Source of the DNA: Intoshia linei
Lineage: Eukaryota; Animalia; Orthonectida
Reading direction: 5' to 3'
DNA: 64,000 nt
Assembly (NCBI GenBank): GCA_001642005.1
Contig: LWCA01000018.1
Coordinates: 18,488 to 82,487 of the forward strand
Positions within the stretch are counted from its first letter, which is position 1. Every line of letters begins with the position of its first letter. A program made the translations under genes and the position numbers. Positions 1 to 12,114 of this stretch are shown here, piece by piece. The notes under the pieces were generated by a model. It had not been told where the DNA came from and made no database searches. It was given only the letters and a program-made list of their open reading frames with translations.

Positions 1-1785
1 TATTTATGAAAGTTTACTGGCTATACCTGTTATTAAGGGGAAAAAAACTGAAAAGGAAAAATTTGCTGGTGGGGATATGACTACAACTGTTGAGGTGATA
101 GTTACTCATTCTGGCAGAGGCGTTCAAGTAATTTTTACATTTATTTATTTTTATATTTTCAAACTCACATGGGATTTTTACTATTAGTGTATTGATATAT
201 TTTTTAGTAAAATTTAGGGTTTACAAAACGTTAAATGGAATATATTAGCCATATAGAATGAATCAATTTTTAATTATTCCAAGTTACAATTACAGTTGGC
301 CCAATGACAAATTTTGACCGTATATAAAATTCTGTGTTTTTAAGAAAATATTTAAGAAAACTAACATTTTTTCAAAAACATAAACATCTACATCTAACAT
401 TAATAACAAGTTTATTTATTTTGATTTAGGCCGCAACTTCTCATTTCTTGGGACAGAATTTTTCTAAAATTTTTGACATTTCTTATATTGACACTGAAAC
501 CAATGAAAACTCTTTTGCGTATCAAAATTCTTGGGCAATTACAACAAGGTCGATTGGTTTAATCACAATGATTCACGGTGACGATAAAGGAATGATTTTA
601 CCACCCAAGGTTGCAAAATATCAGGTTATTTATAATTCACATATATAATATAGTGGAATAGTGGTCGTGATTTAAGTTTTAAGATTTAAAAATGGCATGT
701 AAAGTAGAAATCTGCATTGACCGTAATCTTAGCCGATTATTTAAAATATTTATTATTACTCTTACACGTTATCTGTTCATTTGTGTGTAGAGGCGAACCT
801 GCCATTGTTCGAGTTTCCTAAATATAAAATATAAGTTTAAAAATTTTAAATCTAGGTGGTTATTATTCCATGTGGACTAAAAGCCTCTTTACCAGAAAAA
901 GAATCTCAAGAAGTAATACAATGCTGTGAAAGCGTAAAATCTATTCTTGAAGATAAAAATGTTCGAGTACATGTTGATAATAGAGACAATTATTCACCTG
1001 GTTGGAAATTTAACTATTGGGAATTAAAAGTATTTAATTATTTTGAATTATTGACATTTTTCCTTTCAAAAAAATTATAAAGTATACTTTTAGGGTGTTC
1101 CCCTCCGCTGTGAAATCGGACCTCGAGACGTGAAAAGCAAATCATTGACATTTGTTAGAAGGGATACTTGTGAACGAGTCAAAATGGGCTTTGATAACAT
1201 GATGTATGCTAACGTAGTTAATTTATTTAACTTAATACATGATAATTTACTCACCAGGTACATTTACATTAATGTAATGTTATATTGTTTTTATTATATT
1301 TTTTAATATTATTAGAGCTACAGAAAGACAACAAGCTACACTTTCCACTTGTACAATTTTTGAAGGTAATTTATATTATTATCAGTGTAATTTTTACTTA
1401 CCGTTAAATTTCATAAACCCATTCGAAATGGTCGATTCCCCTCCTTAACTTTGTTTTTATATTTTTAGAATTTAATGTATTTTTTTAATAGAAAGTTTAC
1501 AAGCAATAAAACAGAATAAAATTATATATGCACCATTTTGCCTTGGTCAAAAATGTGAAGAAGAATTTAGAAAACTTACAACGATCGTGGAGTATTTTAT
1601 TTAATAAAACTATTATTTAATTATTATGGTTTAACAAACAATTTAGAAGCGACAAGCAATTAATGGGAGCCAAATCTTTGTGTATTCCGTTTAAAAAGAT
1701 TGCAGTGGTTACCTCAGAAAAGTGTATTAACCCCAATTGTACTTCCACACCTACAGATTACGTTTATTTTGGACGATCTTATTAA
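1..1785 (+). CDS. EPRS1: Prolyl-tRNA synthetase (ProRS / EPRS C-terminal part), 5'-partial, multi-exon
   Basis: Spliced exons give [25 protein letters not shown]|[51 protein letters not shown]|[12 protein letters not shown] and GAKSLCIPF, ending in FGRSY* (stop 1783-1785); canonical GT-AG introns. Confidence 0.95.
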
Positions 1786-2082
1786 AATATGAATTAATTG
1801 AAATAAATTTATTCTAATTTTTCTTATTTTTTGTGGTATGGATCAGATCAGTTATTATTAAACGGTGCGGCGCACTGGTGCGCCGTGAGTAGAGTTCAAA
1901 TGTGCCTTAAAGATATTTGAGTTGTTTATACATTTTTAAAAATTAGTGTCAAACTTTAGACTTTAAACGTCAAAGATTAACCATTATTTGATGAATATTT
2001 TGGAATTTAATAATTAAATAATTTAAATATGGTAAACACCAAAAATATCAACATTACATCATACAACAAATGTTCTTTACCA

Positions 2083-2522
2083 GAGAATATTCTTAAATGC
2101 AACCATTTTTACTAAAAATCAAAAATCCACTTATATTAACCCTTAAGGGAAAAATATTATAGAAAATTTATAAAACTAGAAAAGTAAATTAAATTTTTTT
2201 TTGAATTTTAGTTACAGACTTGACAAATTACTATTTTTGATATTTTATTAAATAAAAAGAAAAAATTTTTTTTTTTAGTAGTTTATGCAATTTTATAATT
2301 CTTGCTTAATTATGTATTTATATAAATTCACAGTAACCCGTAAAATGTACACCTTTGCAATTCAATAAGAGTAAAGGTGATAAATTTTATTTAATGCAAA
2401 AAACTTGTCTTAAAAATTATATTTATAATTAGATTTTTCTTTAAGGGTTAGTAAAATTGGGTTTTTCTTTTTAGGGTTGGTACATTTGGATTAGTAATAA
2501 TCGTTGAATTTAAGAAGACGCA
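2083..2522. mobile_element. Non-autonomous element with imperfect TIRs (TTCTTAAAT.CAAC core), MULE-like
   Basis: Left end gagaatattcttaaatgcaac, right end gttgaatttaagaagacgc; flanking direct repeat ctttacca at 2075-2082 and 2523-2530; internal CCCTTAAGGG module in both orientations; related sequence at 10112-10511 and ~37150-37373. Confidence 0.6.
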
Positions 2523-2664
2523 CTTTACCAAATCAAAGTATTTTTGCATTATTATAATTTTATATTTATCGTTTTTAATCTTTGCATATTTTCGAATATC
2601 AATGTGCTTTTTTCTGATAAAAATTTAAAGTGAGCCAAATTTTTATTTATTTCACAGGTGCACC

Positions 2665-4722
2665 TTAACCTGTTAACTGGTTTACAATTTTAAAAGTGTC
2701 ATCATTTCAGTGGATGCAAAAAATAATAAATATATTTTTATGGTTAGTTTATTTTACTAGGTTAAATAGATTATGCAAGAATAATTATAATTTACTAGTA
2801 ATTTTTAACAGTATGATAAATTTTAAAACATAGTATACACAATGTTTTATCACATTCTTTACATCCATATATCGTGTCCGTTCTTTTGTTTTGACTTGAG
2901 CATACATGATATTTTCGCCTTTTAGTTTTTCCCCATAAAGCTTCAATAAAATGTCTCCCAGAAAGTCTCAGAGGAGTCTCAAAATCTGAAGTTGATCGGA
3001 TACGCTTGTACGTTGGATGTCTATATTTCATTATAATATTTTCAATATAAAATTAACTCTTTCCATAGAACCGCCATTTTTTTATACACAATATACGCAT
3101 TCAAGGTGGACATATCGATAATTCTTCTGAATTGTTTGATGTAATACTTTTTAAGTTGCTTTCGGGTAGTACAATAGGATGCCACGAAAGAGTCATTTAA
3201 ATCTACACCTCCTATTGCGTCATTATAATCAATAGTAACATTTGGTTTAACTTTAGCTTCTTTATATTGATACTCTATTGTTTTAACTGAATCATTATGG
3301 TAGGTACTCATGATGTACACGTCCTTCTTATCTTTCCATCTCAACACCATTATTCTGTTTTGATAAAGGGCCCTCATTTCACCTTTTTTTAATTTACCCT
3401 GTTTTAGTTCTTTCGGTAACCCCAATCTATTAATTCTAAATGTTCCCACAGCGTCGGTTTTATGTTTACATAAAGTTTTGAATAATGAAATAGATGAAAA
3501 AAAGTTAATCATGTGAACGCAATAACCTTTGTTTAAAATGTCGTTCATTAATGTAAGGACAACCTTTGTACTTTAATATTTTTCGGTTTCGAAATCACTG
3601 TGGAAGCAAGTATCTTTACCAGTGTATATAAAGAACTTCCATATATATCCGGATGATGATTCACATAATTCATATAATTTTATTCCGAAACGTGAACGTT
3701 TTAGAGGAATGTATTGTTTCCAGCTCAAGCGACCTTTCCATAACCTCAACGATTCATCTATTGATACATTTTTTCCAATTCTAAAACATTGCTGAATTTT
3801 GTATTCATATGCTGGAGAATAGGCCATATTTTTCGTAATTTTTGGGGTATATCGTGAGAAATATTGGTATTGTCAGAAAAGTGTAAAAATTTAAGAAGTA
3901 GTAAAAACCGTTTCTCTGTAAAAACTTGTCCAAAAAACGGCGTTTCAATCATAGGACTGCGGGAAAAATACATAGCAAATGTTGGTTTTTATATAATTCC
4001 TTATAATAGTATTATAGCAAGTAATTGCCTTATTTCTGATGGGTATCTACGTGTCCAATCATAAACTCTAAATATTGCTATAAAAAATTATATTTATATT
4101 TACCTGCATTTTAATTTTATTTCTAAATTATTTATGAATTGTTCCATATACAAATTAGTTTCCTTACTAATTAATTCAATTATTGGTTGATCAAAATATA
4201 GTTTGAAATATGATATTGGATCATCAGGATTATTTATGTTTACTTTGATGCCGGGATTTGATATAAATTCTAAAGTTTCTCTTTTTTGACCATTGGAATA
4301 CCATATATCTGAGTTTGTATTGGTATTTGGTAATTCATCTTCAGAACTCTCATACAATAAATAATCAACGGATATATCATCAGAATAATAACTCATTTAA
4401 AATAAAATAATAGTTTAATGTAAATATAAAATTGCGTATTAATTAATTAACCATGGAATTAAAAAATTAAAGTTGACTAACTTTTATTTCTAAATTGACT
4501 GTACAGTAAAATCTCGATTATTGCATGAATAATTAATGTTTCTGCATTGTCTAATAATAATTCTATATGTCTGAATGTTGACATAGTATTTAATTTAATA
4601 ATTTTAACATGGTTGCTATGTTTTAAACCGGTATAATTTTGATTTTACAAAACGCATATAAGCGTCTCTACCACTACATGATGACATAAAAAAGACGCAC
4701 ATATGCGGTTCTAACAAGTTAA
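2665..4722 (-). mobile_element. Decayed piggyBac transposon (PGBD4-like) bounded by TTAA
   Basis: TTAA at 2665-2668 and 4719-4722 with inverted ends ttaacctgtta / taacaagttaa and subterminal tgtcatcat..agtgg similarity; encloses transposase fragments. Confidence 0.85.
2795..4396 (-). pseudogene. piggyBac transposase pseudogene (frameshifted)
   Basis: ORF fragments in different frames: SIDESLRLWKGRLSWKQYIPLKRSRFGIK, INFFSS (DNFF catalytic Asp lost), WKDKKDV, DYNDAIGGVD and a C-terminal Cys-rich domain CKECDKTLCILCFKIYH. Confidence 0.92.
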
Positions 4723-5295
4723 AGTAAAAAAGATTAAGAAACACTTGTTTAGATTAAAAATCTAACAAATTAACATATCCTCAATTTTATAAAAGGCAAA
4801 AAATTTAATAAAAATTATAAATTATAGTAAATAACAAAATTGTAACATTCTCATGAAAATATTTAAAAAAAGTACAAAAAATTTTAAATATACATATGTA
4901 ATTGATTTTTATTGTATTTACAAAATTATTAAATTTTCTTAACAAATTATGGTTGGATAATTACTAAAAATAATCATATGGATAAACTACATTTTATACA
5001 ATAGGACTGATCAACAAAGAATGGTGAAGCCAAATTATTTTACTGTCTACTTTGTTTTAAAATTAAAAAAAATCATTTTGAGGGAAATTGAAAAAAGTTA
5101 AAAGACCGCTCAGAGTGCGACACAGTATAGAATTTTGAAATTACACTAAATAATCAACGTTTAACATATGGCTCTTTTAGATTGTGATAATTATTTTGTA
5201 TTACCAATTTAAATTTTAAAGACATGAAAATGTTTAATTCAACTCCTAACTTTATTATTGAAATTTCTATTATTTAAATTTAATTATCGTTCAAA

Positions 5296-8200
5296 ATGGC
5301 TTTACACATACCGAAGCAAGGGCTTTCAGACATGATGAAGGGAGGAGTAAAAGTAATTAAATATGAATAAACTCATTAGTATGATTAAAACACGCTTTAA
5401 CAATCAAATGCAACTAAAATGGTGTATTCACGAGTTCAAATTAATCCTGTAGCACGTGAAGTTGCCCTTGGCTTGAATTCTCGTAAATTATGGAAATTGT
5501 CATATGAAAATGACTGACTTACCGTCTATTAAATTTTTTTATATATCAACTGTTCCATTAAGTTAATTGTAAAGATTTGCAGTGGGAACATTTTAATAAC
5601 CAAAATACATTTTAATTTGAAAATTTTCAACATGAAATCCCACCTTACCTTAATGACTTGTATATTAGCTTGATTACGGCTATCATTTTGGGAATAATTA
5701 TAAAGTATGTGGGTGTAAAATATTTTTTATTTTGATTTTTTATATGTAAATTAAATTACTATTTTTTCAGCATTTTAAAGGAACGGAAGAAGCTATATAT
5801 AGAAATGTCGAAATTTCAAATATTTTATCAGATTCCATGAAATCAGCGTTTGGTCCTTATGGTATGATATTTTGATAATTGAATTATAAATTCTAGGAAG
5901 AAACAAGATAATAATAAACCACCTTGGAAAAATGTTTTTAACTAGTGATGTTGGCAGTATGCTAAACGAAATGGAGGTTAATTAAAAATGAAATGTAATA
6001 TAATATAATTAGGTAGAGAACCCTATAGCAAAACTATTGGTCATGGCTTCAAAGCAACAGGAACAGGAATGCGGTGATGGTACAAACTCTGTCATTATTT
6101 TTAGTGGTACACTTTTGAGAAATTGCGCTGATTTAGTTAAATCTGTAATTTTATTTATATTTACATTATTTTTAATTTATTTTAGGGTTTGTCCATTAAA
6201 GACGTATGTAAAGGTTTGGAAATTTCTTTGGAACGATCAAAACTTATTCTATCAAGTAATTTAATTTGATTAAACCAATTTCTTATTATATGTAACCTTT
6301 TTGAATTTTATTTGATTCTGATATTTAGATATTCCAGGCATGGTTATAGAGTCTGTTTTTGATAAATCAATAATGAATGTAGTTAAATCAGCGATAATTA
6401 GTAAAAATGTAGCTAATTGTACTCTGTTTACTAACCTCGTAGTTAGTGCGTGCCGTAATTTTATTTTAAATTACATTTATACGTTTTTAGGTGATATTTA
6501 CAACGACAATAACGTTAATACCGATCATGTGCGTGTGGTCAAATTACTTGTATATTTTTGTTATTATATGGTTCCAATTTTTAATGTAGGGTAATACGTT
6601 GTCGGCTTCTACCTTAGTAAGGGGGCTTGCTGTTAAGGGTGAATGTTTGTCTAAAATTAACAAAATTTCTGATAAAAACATTGCTGTATTTTCTTGTCCA
6701 TTGGATCTTTTGAAAACCGAAACCAAGGTTTAAAATTTAAACCAATAAAAAATAGACAATTTAAACTTTCATTTAGGGGACTGTTCTATTTGAATCTAGT
6801 AAAGAATTGATGGATTACAGTAAGGGCGAAGAAGATATGGTTGAAAAGGTTAGTTAATATTTTTATTGATATTTATTTTAATTTAAGCGTATGAAAGCAA
6901 TTTATGACGCCGGAGTTGAGTGTCTTGTTGTAGGTGGTAAAGTTGGGGATTTAGCATTGCAGTATGCGGATAGTTTAGGAATGATGGTTGTTAGAGTTAG
7001 TTCAAAATGGGATATCCGTAGAATTGCTTATATTACTGGAGCCACTCCAATTCCTAAAATTGTACGTACCATAAACGTTTATTTACTTAATATCGATTAG
7101 GCCATTCCTACCCCTCAAGAATTTGGAAGTGTTAAGAAGGCTTATACCTCATCTCAAAATCTTATTGTTTTTGATCAATGTAATTGCATATCGTTTATTT
7201 ATTTTTTTCATCTGGATTTACATTTTTATACGAATTGCGAAATGCATTTTATTTCCATTTGTATCAACCTTTAGACTTAGTTTGGAGGATCTCAGGTAAT
7301 TGAGGTCTCCAAATTATATTTTTTCTAATAATTAGATTTATAGTGGAATCAAGTACGAATATGACAACTATTGCAGTTCATGGGTCTACTATGGCCGCTA
7401 TTGACGATGCTGAAAGAGCAATTGATGATGGTGTTAATACTTTTAAAATATTGACCAGGGTAAACAAATTACTATGTGACTTATCTTTATGCACACGTTT
7501 AGAACGGAAAGGTGGTACCTGGAGCTGGATCAACTGAAATTGAAATGGCTATGAAATTAAGAGAAAGTATTTGCGTATATCTATTTTTTATATTTTTATT
7601 TATTTTTTAAAATAGAAAGAGGATGGTGTTTATCAATATGTTATCGAAAAATTTGCCGAATCGCTCGAAATATTTCCAGTTACTCTTGCTGAGAATAGTG
7701 GAGGAAATGTTTTATACTTTGTGGCTATTTTATATTATAATTAGGGTGTCACCATGTTGGAAAATTTGTATGTTGAGCATGCCAATGGAAATAAAAAGGC
7801 TGGAGTCATATTGAAGGTATAGTATTTTTCGTTGCCAATAGTAACTTTATTCATATTAATAATGTAACAATTATATGCTTCATATACAGTAGTTGGAAAA
7901 TTTTTATATCAGTGGTTCCTAAAGCGATCCACATGGTGGCCACAGGAAATTATAGGTGGTCCTCGAGAATAATTTTGAATAAAATGAAGATAAATTTATT
8001 AACAATAATATTATTCACGATCGATCATTTATTATGATTGGTGAACGTTAACATCATTTTATCAAAATGAAGTGAAAATTTACTGAACAACATAAATAAT
8101 TTTCACGTGCGTTAAATTTAATCTATGTAACGATTTAACTTAGTTTGATAGTATTTTCAAGAACCTAATCTAGCAAGCTCGTAGTCACTCTTAAAATGAA

Positions 8201-9364
8201 AAATAGCCCTTTAAAAAATTTGTAAACGAATTATAATGTCAATAAATTTAACCACCTCTCTAAGACTCTTGAGTTGACATTATAATTTAACACACAAATT
8301 AGTTGATATTCAAGAATTTTTGTCATGCTCAATTTAGTAAATTAAAACCATTATTTTAAAAAAAATTTTGTCGAGATGCCTCGGTAGAAGGATCTCGGGT
8401 AGGGTAGTTTGCCATAAGTATGTTTGAAAGTAATTATTTTTTGAATTACGCTTTTGAAGCTACTATGTCAAAATTAATGTAAAATTTTCGATTTAAGGAG
8501 GAATGTATATTAAAAAAATATAAATATTACCTTAGTAACGTATTCATGATTAAGGGATTTTTTGTGGTCTATGGTAGAAAAAGTTTGGGAACCACTGGTC
8601 TAAATTAAATTCAAATTTTACCACGCATAGTTTTAATAGATATTATATTTTTGTGGGTTTTAACAGAGCTGTTTTAAGGTATGGGCTGTAGCCCAGGTCC
8701 CGTCATTAAAAAAGGCCCCAAGTTAATAAAAGTACTTTACAGATATATCTTAAAAAGAGGGCCCAATTTATTTAAAAAATACTTCACATTGATATCTTAA
8801 GAATCAGTTTATAAGTTTTGAAGTGTGGGAATTCAAATAGCTAGAAAGAAAATAGTTTAAAGAATGAAAGTTCTGGTAATTATTCAATTTAAAATATAAT
8901 GCTTTTATTAATACTTAATAAAATAATACTCTAAGTCTCCAGCAACAATATGCCCTGTGTTTTAAACAGAGGTCTTAAATTTTTTTATATCGCTTGTGCG
9001 AAATTTTAAAGGGCTCCGCTTTTTTGCTTAGCCCAGGGCCACGAAGTTGCTTAAGACGGCTAAGGGTTTTAACGGTTATTAACAACCCTAGTATTACGAT
9101 ATAATTTAATTTTCGTGTAAAATCAAAAATGTGAATTAAGTATGATTTAGGACTGCGAAGAAACTGAAGCATGGGATAGTTCTCTTTCGAAGCATTGGAT
9201 GCTACATTTTGCAACACAGTGTGTTTTATCTATTTTAAGAGTCGATGAAGTAATTTTATTTACTTTTAAATTTATTTTTATTAATGTTCATATTTTAGAT
9301 TATAATGGCCAAGAGAGCTGGAGGACCTAAACCAAAAACTAATCCAAATTGGGATGAAGATTAA
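5296..9364 (+). CDS. CCT8: T-complex protein 1 subunit theta (CCT8), multi-exon
   Basis: Starts MALHIPKQGLSDMMKGGVK; has FGPYGRNKIIINHLGK, QQEQECGDGTNSV, ETKGTVL and DDAERAIDDGVNTFK; ends LRVDE|IIMAKRAGGPKPKTNPNWDED*. Confidence 0.96.
7910..8597. mobile_element. hAT (Buster/Charlie-type) MITE in a CCT8 intron
   Basis: TIRs CAGTGGTTCC ... GGAACCACTG; degenerate 8-bp flanks with central TA (ttttatat / gtctaaat). Confidence 0.7.
8664..9064. mobile_element. hAT-type MITE with perfect 8-bp TSD in a CCT8 intron
   Basis: TSD ggttttaa at 8656-8663 and 9065-9072; imperfect TIRs cagagctgttttaag / cttaagacggctaag; subterminal agcccaggg/ggccc motifs. Confidence 0.8.
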
Positions 9365-9631
9365 ATTTTTTATTCTTACTTTATTCAATTCTTCACAATT
9401 ACATGTGTTTTTATGCGTTATTTCGTAATTTGTATTATCAATGTTTTTCTTATCATAATCAACCTTTGCATACAAACTCTATATCTATTAATATATGTAG
9501 GTGTAATTAACTTATTTGTATCGATAATAACAAATTATAATTCAAGTTAGCGAGATATCACTAAATTAGAAATGCAGTTGATTCTAAAGAAAACTAAAAA
9601 TTAAAATTGTAAAACAATCAAATAATAGCTA

Positions 9632-10664
9632 CTGTCTTTTCTCGATTAGAAGAAGTCTTCTTATATTCGAGAGTAGAAGATTGCTTGAAGAAGGAAAATT
9701 GCTTATAATCAAAAACAGGACAAACCTTGAAAAATTTAAAAAATACACTAAAAGTTTGCTTTTATAGTTTAAGAAATCGTTAGATTTGTATTAAATTACT
9801 TATTGGGGTTTTTTCAAAATCTATTTGTGTGAGATAAAACTTATCAATTAAATAAATAACAATAGTATTAATTTTTGTTTAGTTAGTATTTCTGTTGATT
9901 ATTAATAATGAAATTACTAATACTAAAGAAAATGTACATTGAAAATAATAAAAACACGTCTGAATTACCTTATCTCAATGAATTTTTTGTTGCTAAAAAA
10001 AATTTAAAATTCAGATTACTTTCAACGAATTGCATAAACAACATATTGTATACTGTGAAAGCAAAACTTCTAAATTAAACATTCTATTGTATGAAGGAAT
10101 TATTTTTTAAAGAGAATATTCTTAAACCCAACTATTTTTACTAAAAATCTACTTTTACAAACCCCTAAGGAAAAATCCCACTTTTACCAACATCTAATGA
10201 AAAATTCGGTTTTAAAAGCCCTTTAGGGAAAGATCCACATTTACAAATCCCACTTTTACCAACTTTTAATTGAAAAATTCGGTTTTAAAAGACTTAAAGA
10301 AAATTACCGTTTTACCAACCTTTAAGAGAAAGATTCACATTTACAAACCCTTAAGGAAAAATTCCAATTTTACCAACCCTTATGGGAAAACCCACTTTTA
10401 CCAACCTTTAATGAAAAATTCCACTTTTACCAACCTTTAAGGGAAAAATCCCAATTTTACTTTTGATATTTTTGATTTTTAGTAAAAATGATTGGATTTA
10501 AGTAGATACCCTTTGTTAAAAATAAATTGATATGTTGTCTATTTTTTGTTTAAAGTTTTTTCTTTCGAAACCAAGATGAAACTTCTTATATTCAAATTTT
10601 ATTTAGTTAAAAATTTCACTGAAATTTGTATTTCAGGGGTCTGCTTATAATCGAGAAAAGACAG
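9632..10664. mobile_element. Tc1/mariner-pogo-type MITE (TA target) containing a nested element
   Basis: TIR CTGTCTTTTCTCGATTA / TAATCGAGAAAAGACAG, with TA on both sides. Confidence 0.8.
10112..10511. mobile_element. Nested MULE-like element carrying a tandem array of ~40-bp CCACTTTTACCAACCCTTAAGGG-type units
   Basis: Ends gagaatattcttaaacccaac / ttggatttaagtagataccc; 9-bp flanks ttttttaaa / tttgttaaa; degenerate tandem repeat units fill ~10130-10460. Confidence 0.65.
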
Positions 10665-11460
10665 TAGTAATATAATCATCAAATGATAGTAACTAAAGAT
10701 TATTTTCTGGGTAATAGGAGAGAAGAAATATGTGATTTTATTACGAGTCATTAGTTCTCAGCATAGAAAAATATAGATACAGTCAATTTTCCAGATATGA
10801 ACATTATTTTTTGATTTGAATAAAAATTGAAAATATCATTGAGAAAAATAGTTCAAGTTGAACACAAAATACAAGAAATAATTATCATAAAGAAAAAAAA
10901 TTAAATTTTAGAATATTAAAACACCCAAAGAAATCCTACAGATAAATATAAAGTGGCAGTTGGTATAGTTTAAATTCTTAAACATGGTATAGAACAGGGT
11001 TTCTTAACCTTTTTTAAATTGAGCACCCCCGTTATCCAGATCAATTATTTCTAGACCCTTTTAACAATATAAAATGACACTTTAAAATTCAACTTAAAAA
11101 TCGTATTTTATTGAGATTTAAATAATTACTAGAAATGAAATATTTTCTAATAAAGAAAGTTGGGTACATATTTAGTAATATTTTCAAATATTAAATCAAC
11201 AAATATAAATTGATAAAAAATTAATTTATATGGTTTTATTTGCACATTCAACGACTTGCCCATGAAATGTGTACAATGTACATTTCACAGTTATACACAT
11301 TCAATGCAACATACATAACTTGAAAAAAAATTAATAAAATTAAATTTAGAATGATGTAAGTTAAAGTAAATACTCAATTGTTATGTAAATTTCCAACATT
11401 TATTATAAGCAAGTAGTTTTCACCACATTAAAAACTCATCATTTAATATTAACATTGAAA

Positions 11461-12114
11461 ATGAAATTGATAAAATTCCTAATACTTTCAACTCTGCTAG
11501 CTACATCAATCAATGGAACATATATTTATGCAATAGAATCAAACACATACGTATCTCATCTTGTACATTTAATGAATTTATCATACGATGATTTAAAATT
11601 TGAATTAATCCATGAATTTAGTGGAAATAAATGCAATGCTATGGCACTAATTTACCTTATGGTACCTTCGATCGTATACGTCTTCATTTTTGGAATAATT
11701 ATGACCATTAACCCTAAATTTACTATTGAGTTTTACAAATTGCGTAGAAGTCTGTATATAATATTTAATCTCGTATTGAAAGCTATAATACCGCTTGTAT
11801 ACATTTTTGCAAACTTTTCACATTTGTTTTATAAAGATGGTATTAAGGAATATAAAATGGAACATTTAAACGAAATAGGCGATTTGTTTTTAAAGACGTT
11901 TAAAATTAATTTGATAAATTATATTGTAATGGAAAAATTCTTAGATATCCCTAATTTATTTATTGCGACTATTGCCGGTGTGGCATTCAATGTTTGGACA
12001 ACTACACTTTATGCATACATTTTAAAAAAGAGTAGAGACATTATCAAAATCAAATACATGAATATGGATTTTATTCAAATAATTCATGTCAGTCAAAATG
12101 CAATTTGCAAGTAA
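11461..12114 (+). CDS. Uncharacterised single-exon protein with signal peptide and about 3 hydrophobic segments
   Basis: 217-codon ORF from ATG 11461 (MKLIKFLILSTLLATSING); AATAAA ~35 nt after the stop; no family recognised. Confidence 0.6.
   Translation: MKLIKFLILSTLLATSINGTYIYAIESNTYVSHLVHLMNLSYDDLKFELIHEFSGNKCNAMALIYLMVPSIVYVFIFGIIMTINPKFTIEFYKLRRSLYIIFNLVLKAIIPLVYIFANFSHLFYKDGIKEYKMEHLNEIGDLFLKTFKINLINYIVMEKFLDIPNLFIATIAGVAFNVWTTTLYAYILKKSRDIIKIKYMNMDFIQIIHVSQNAICK

Noticed and set aside
10130-10460. Repeat array superficially like a CRISPR
   Set aside because: Units are degenerate and contiguous without unique spacers, sit inside TIR elements in eukaryotic DNA, and there are no cas genes.
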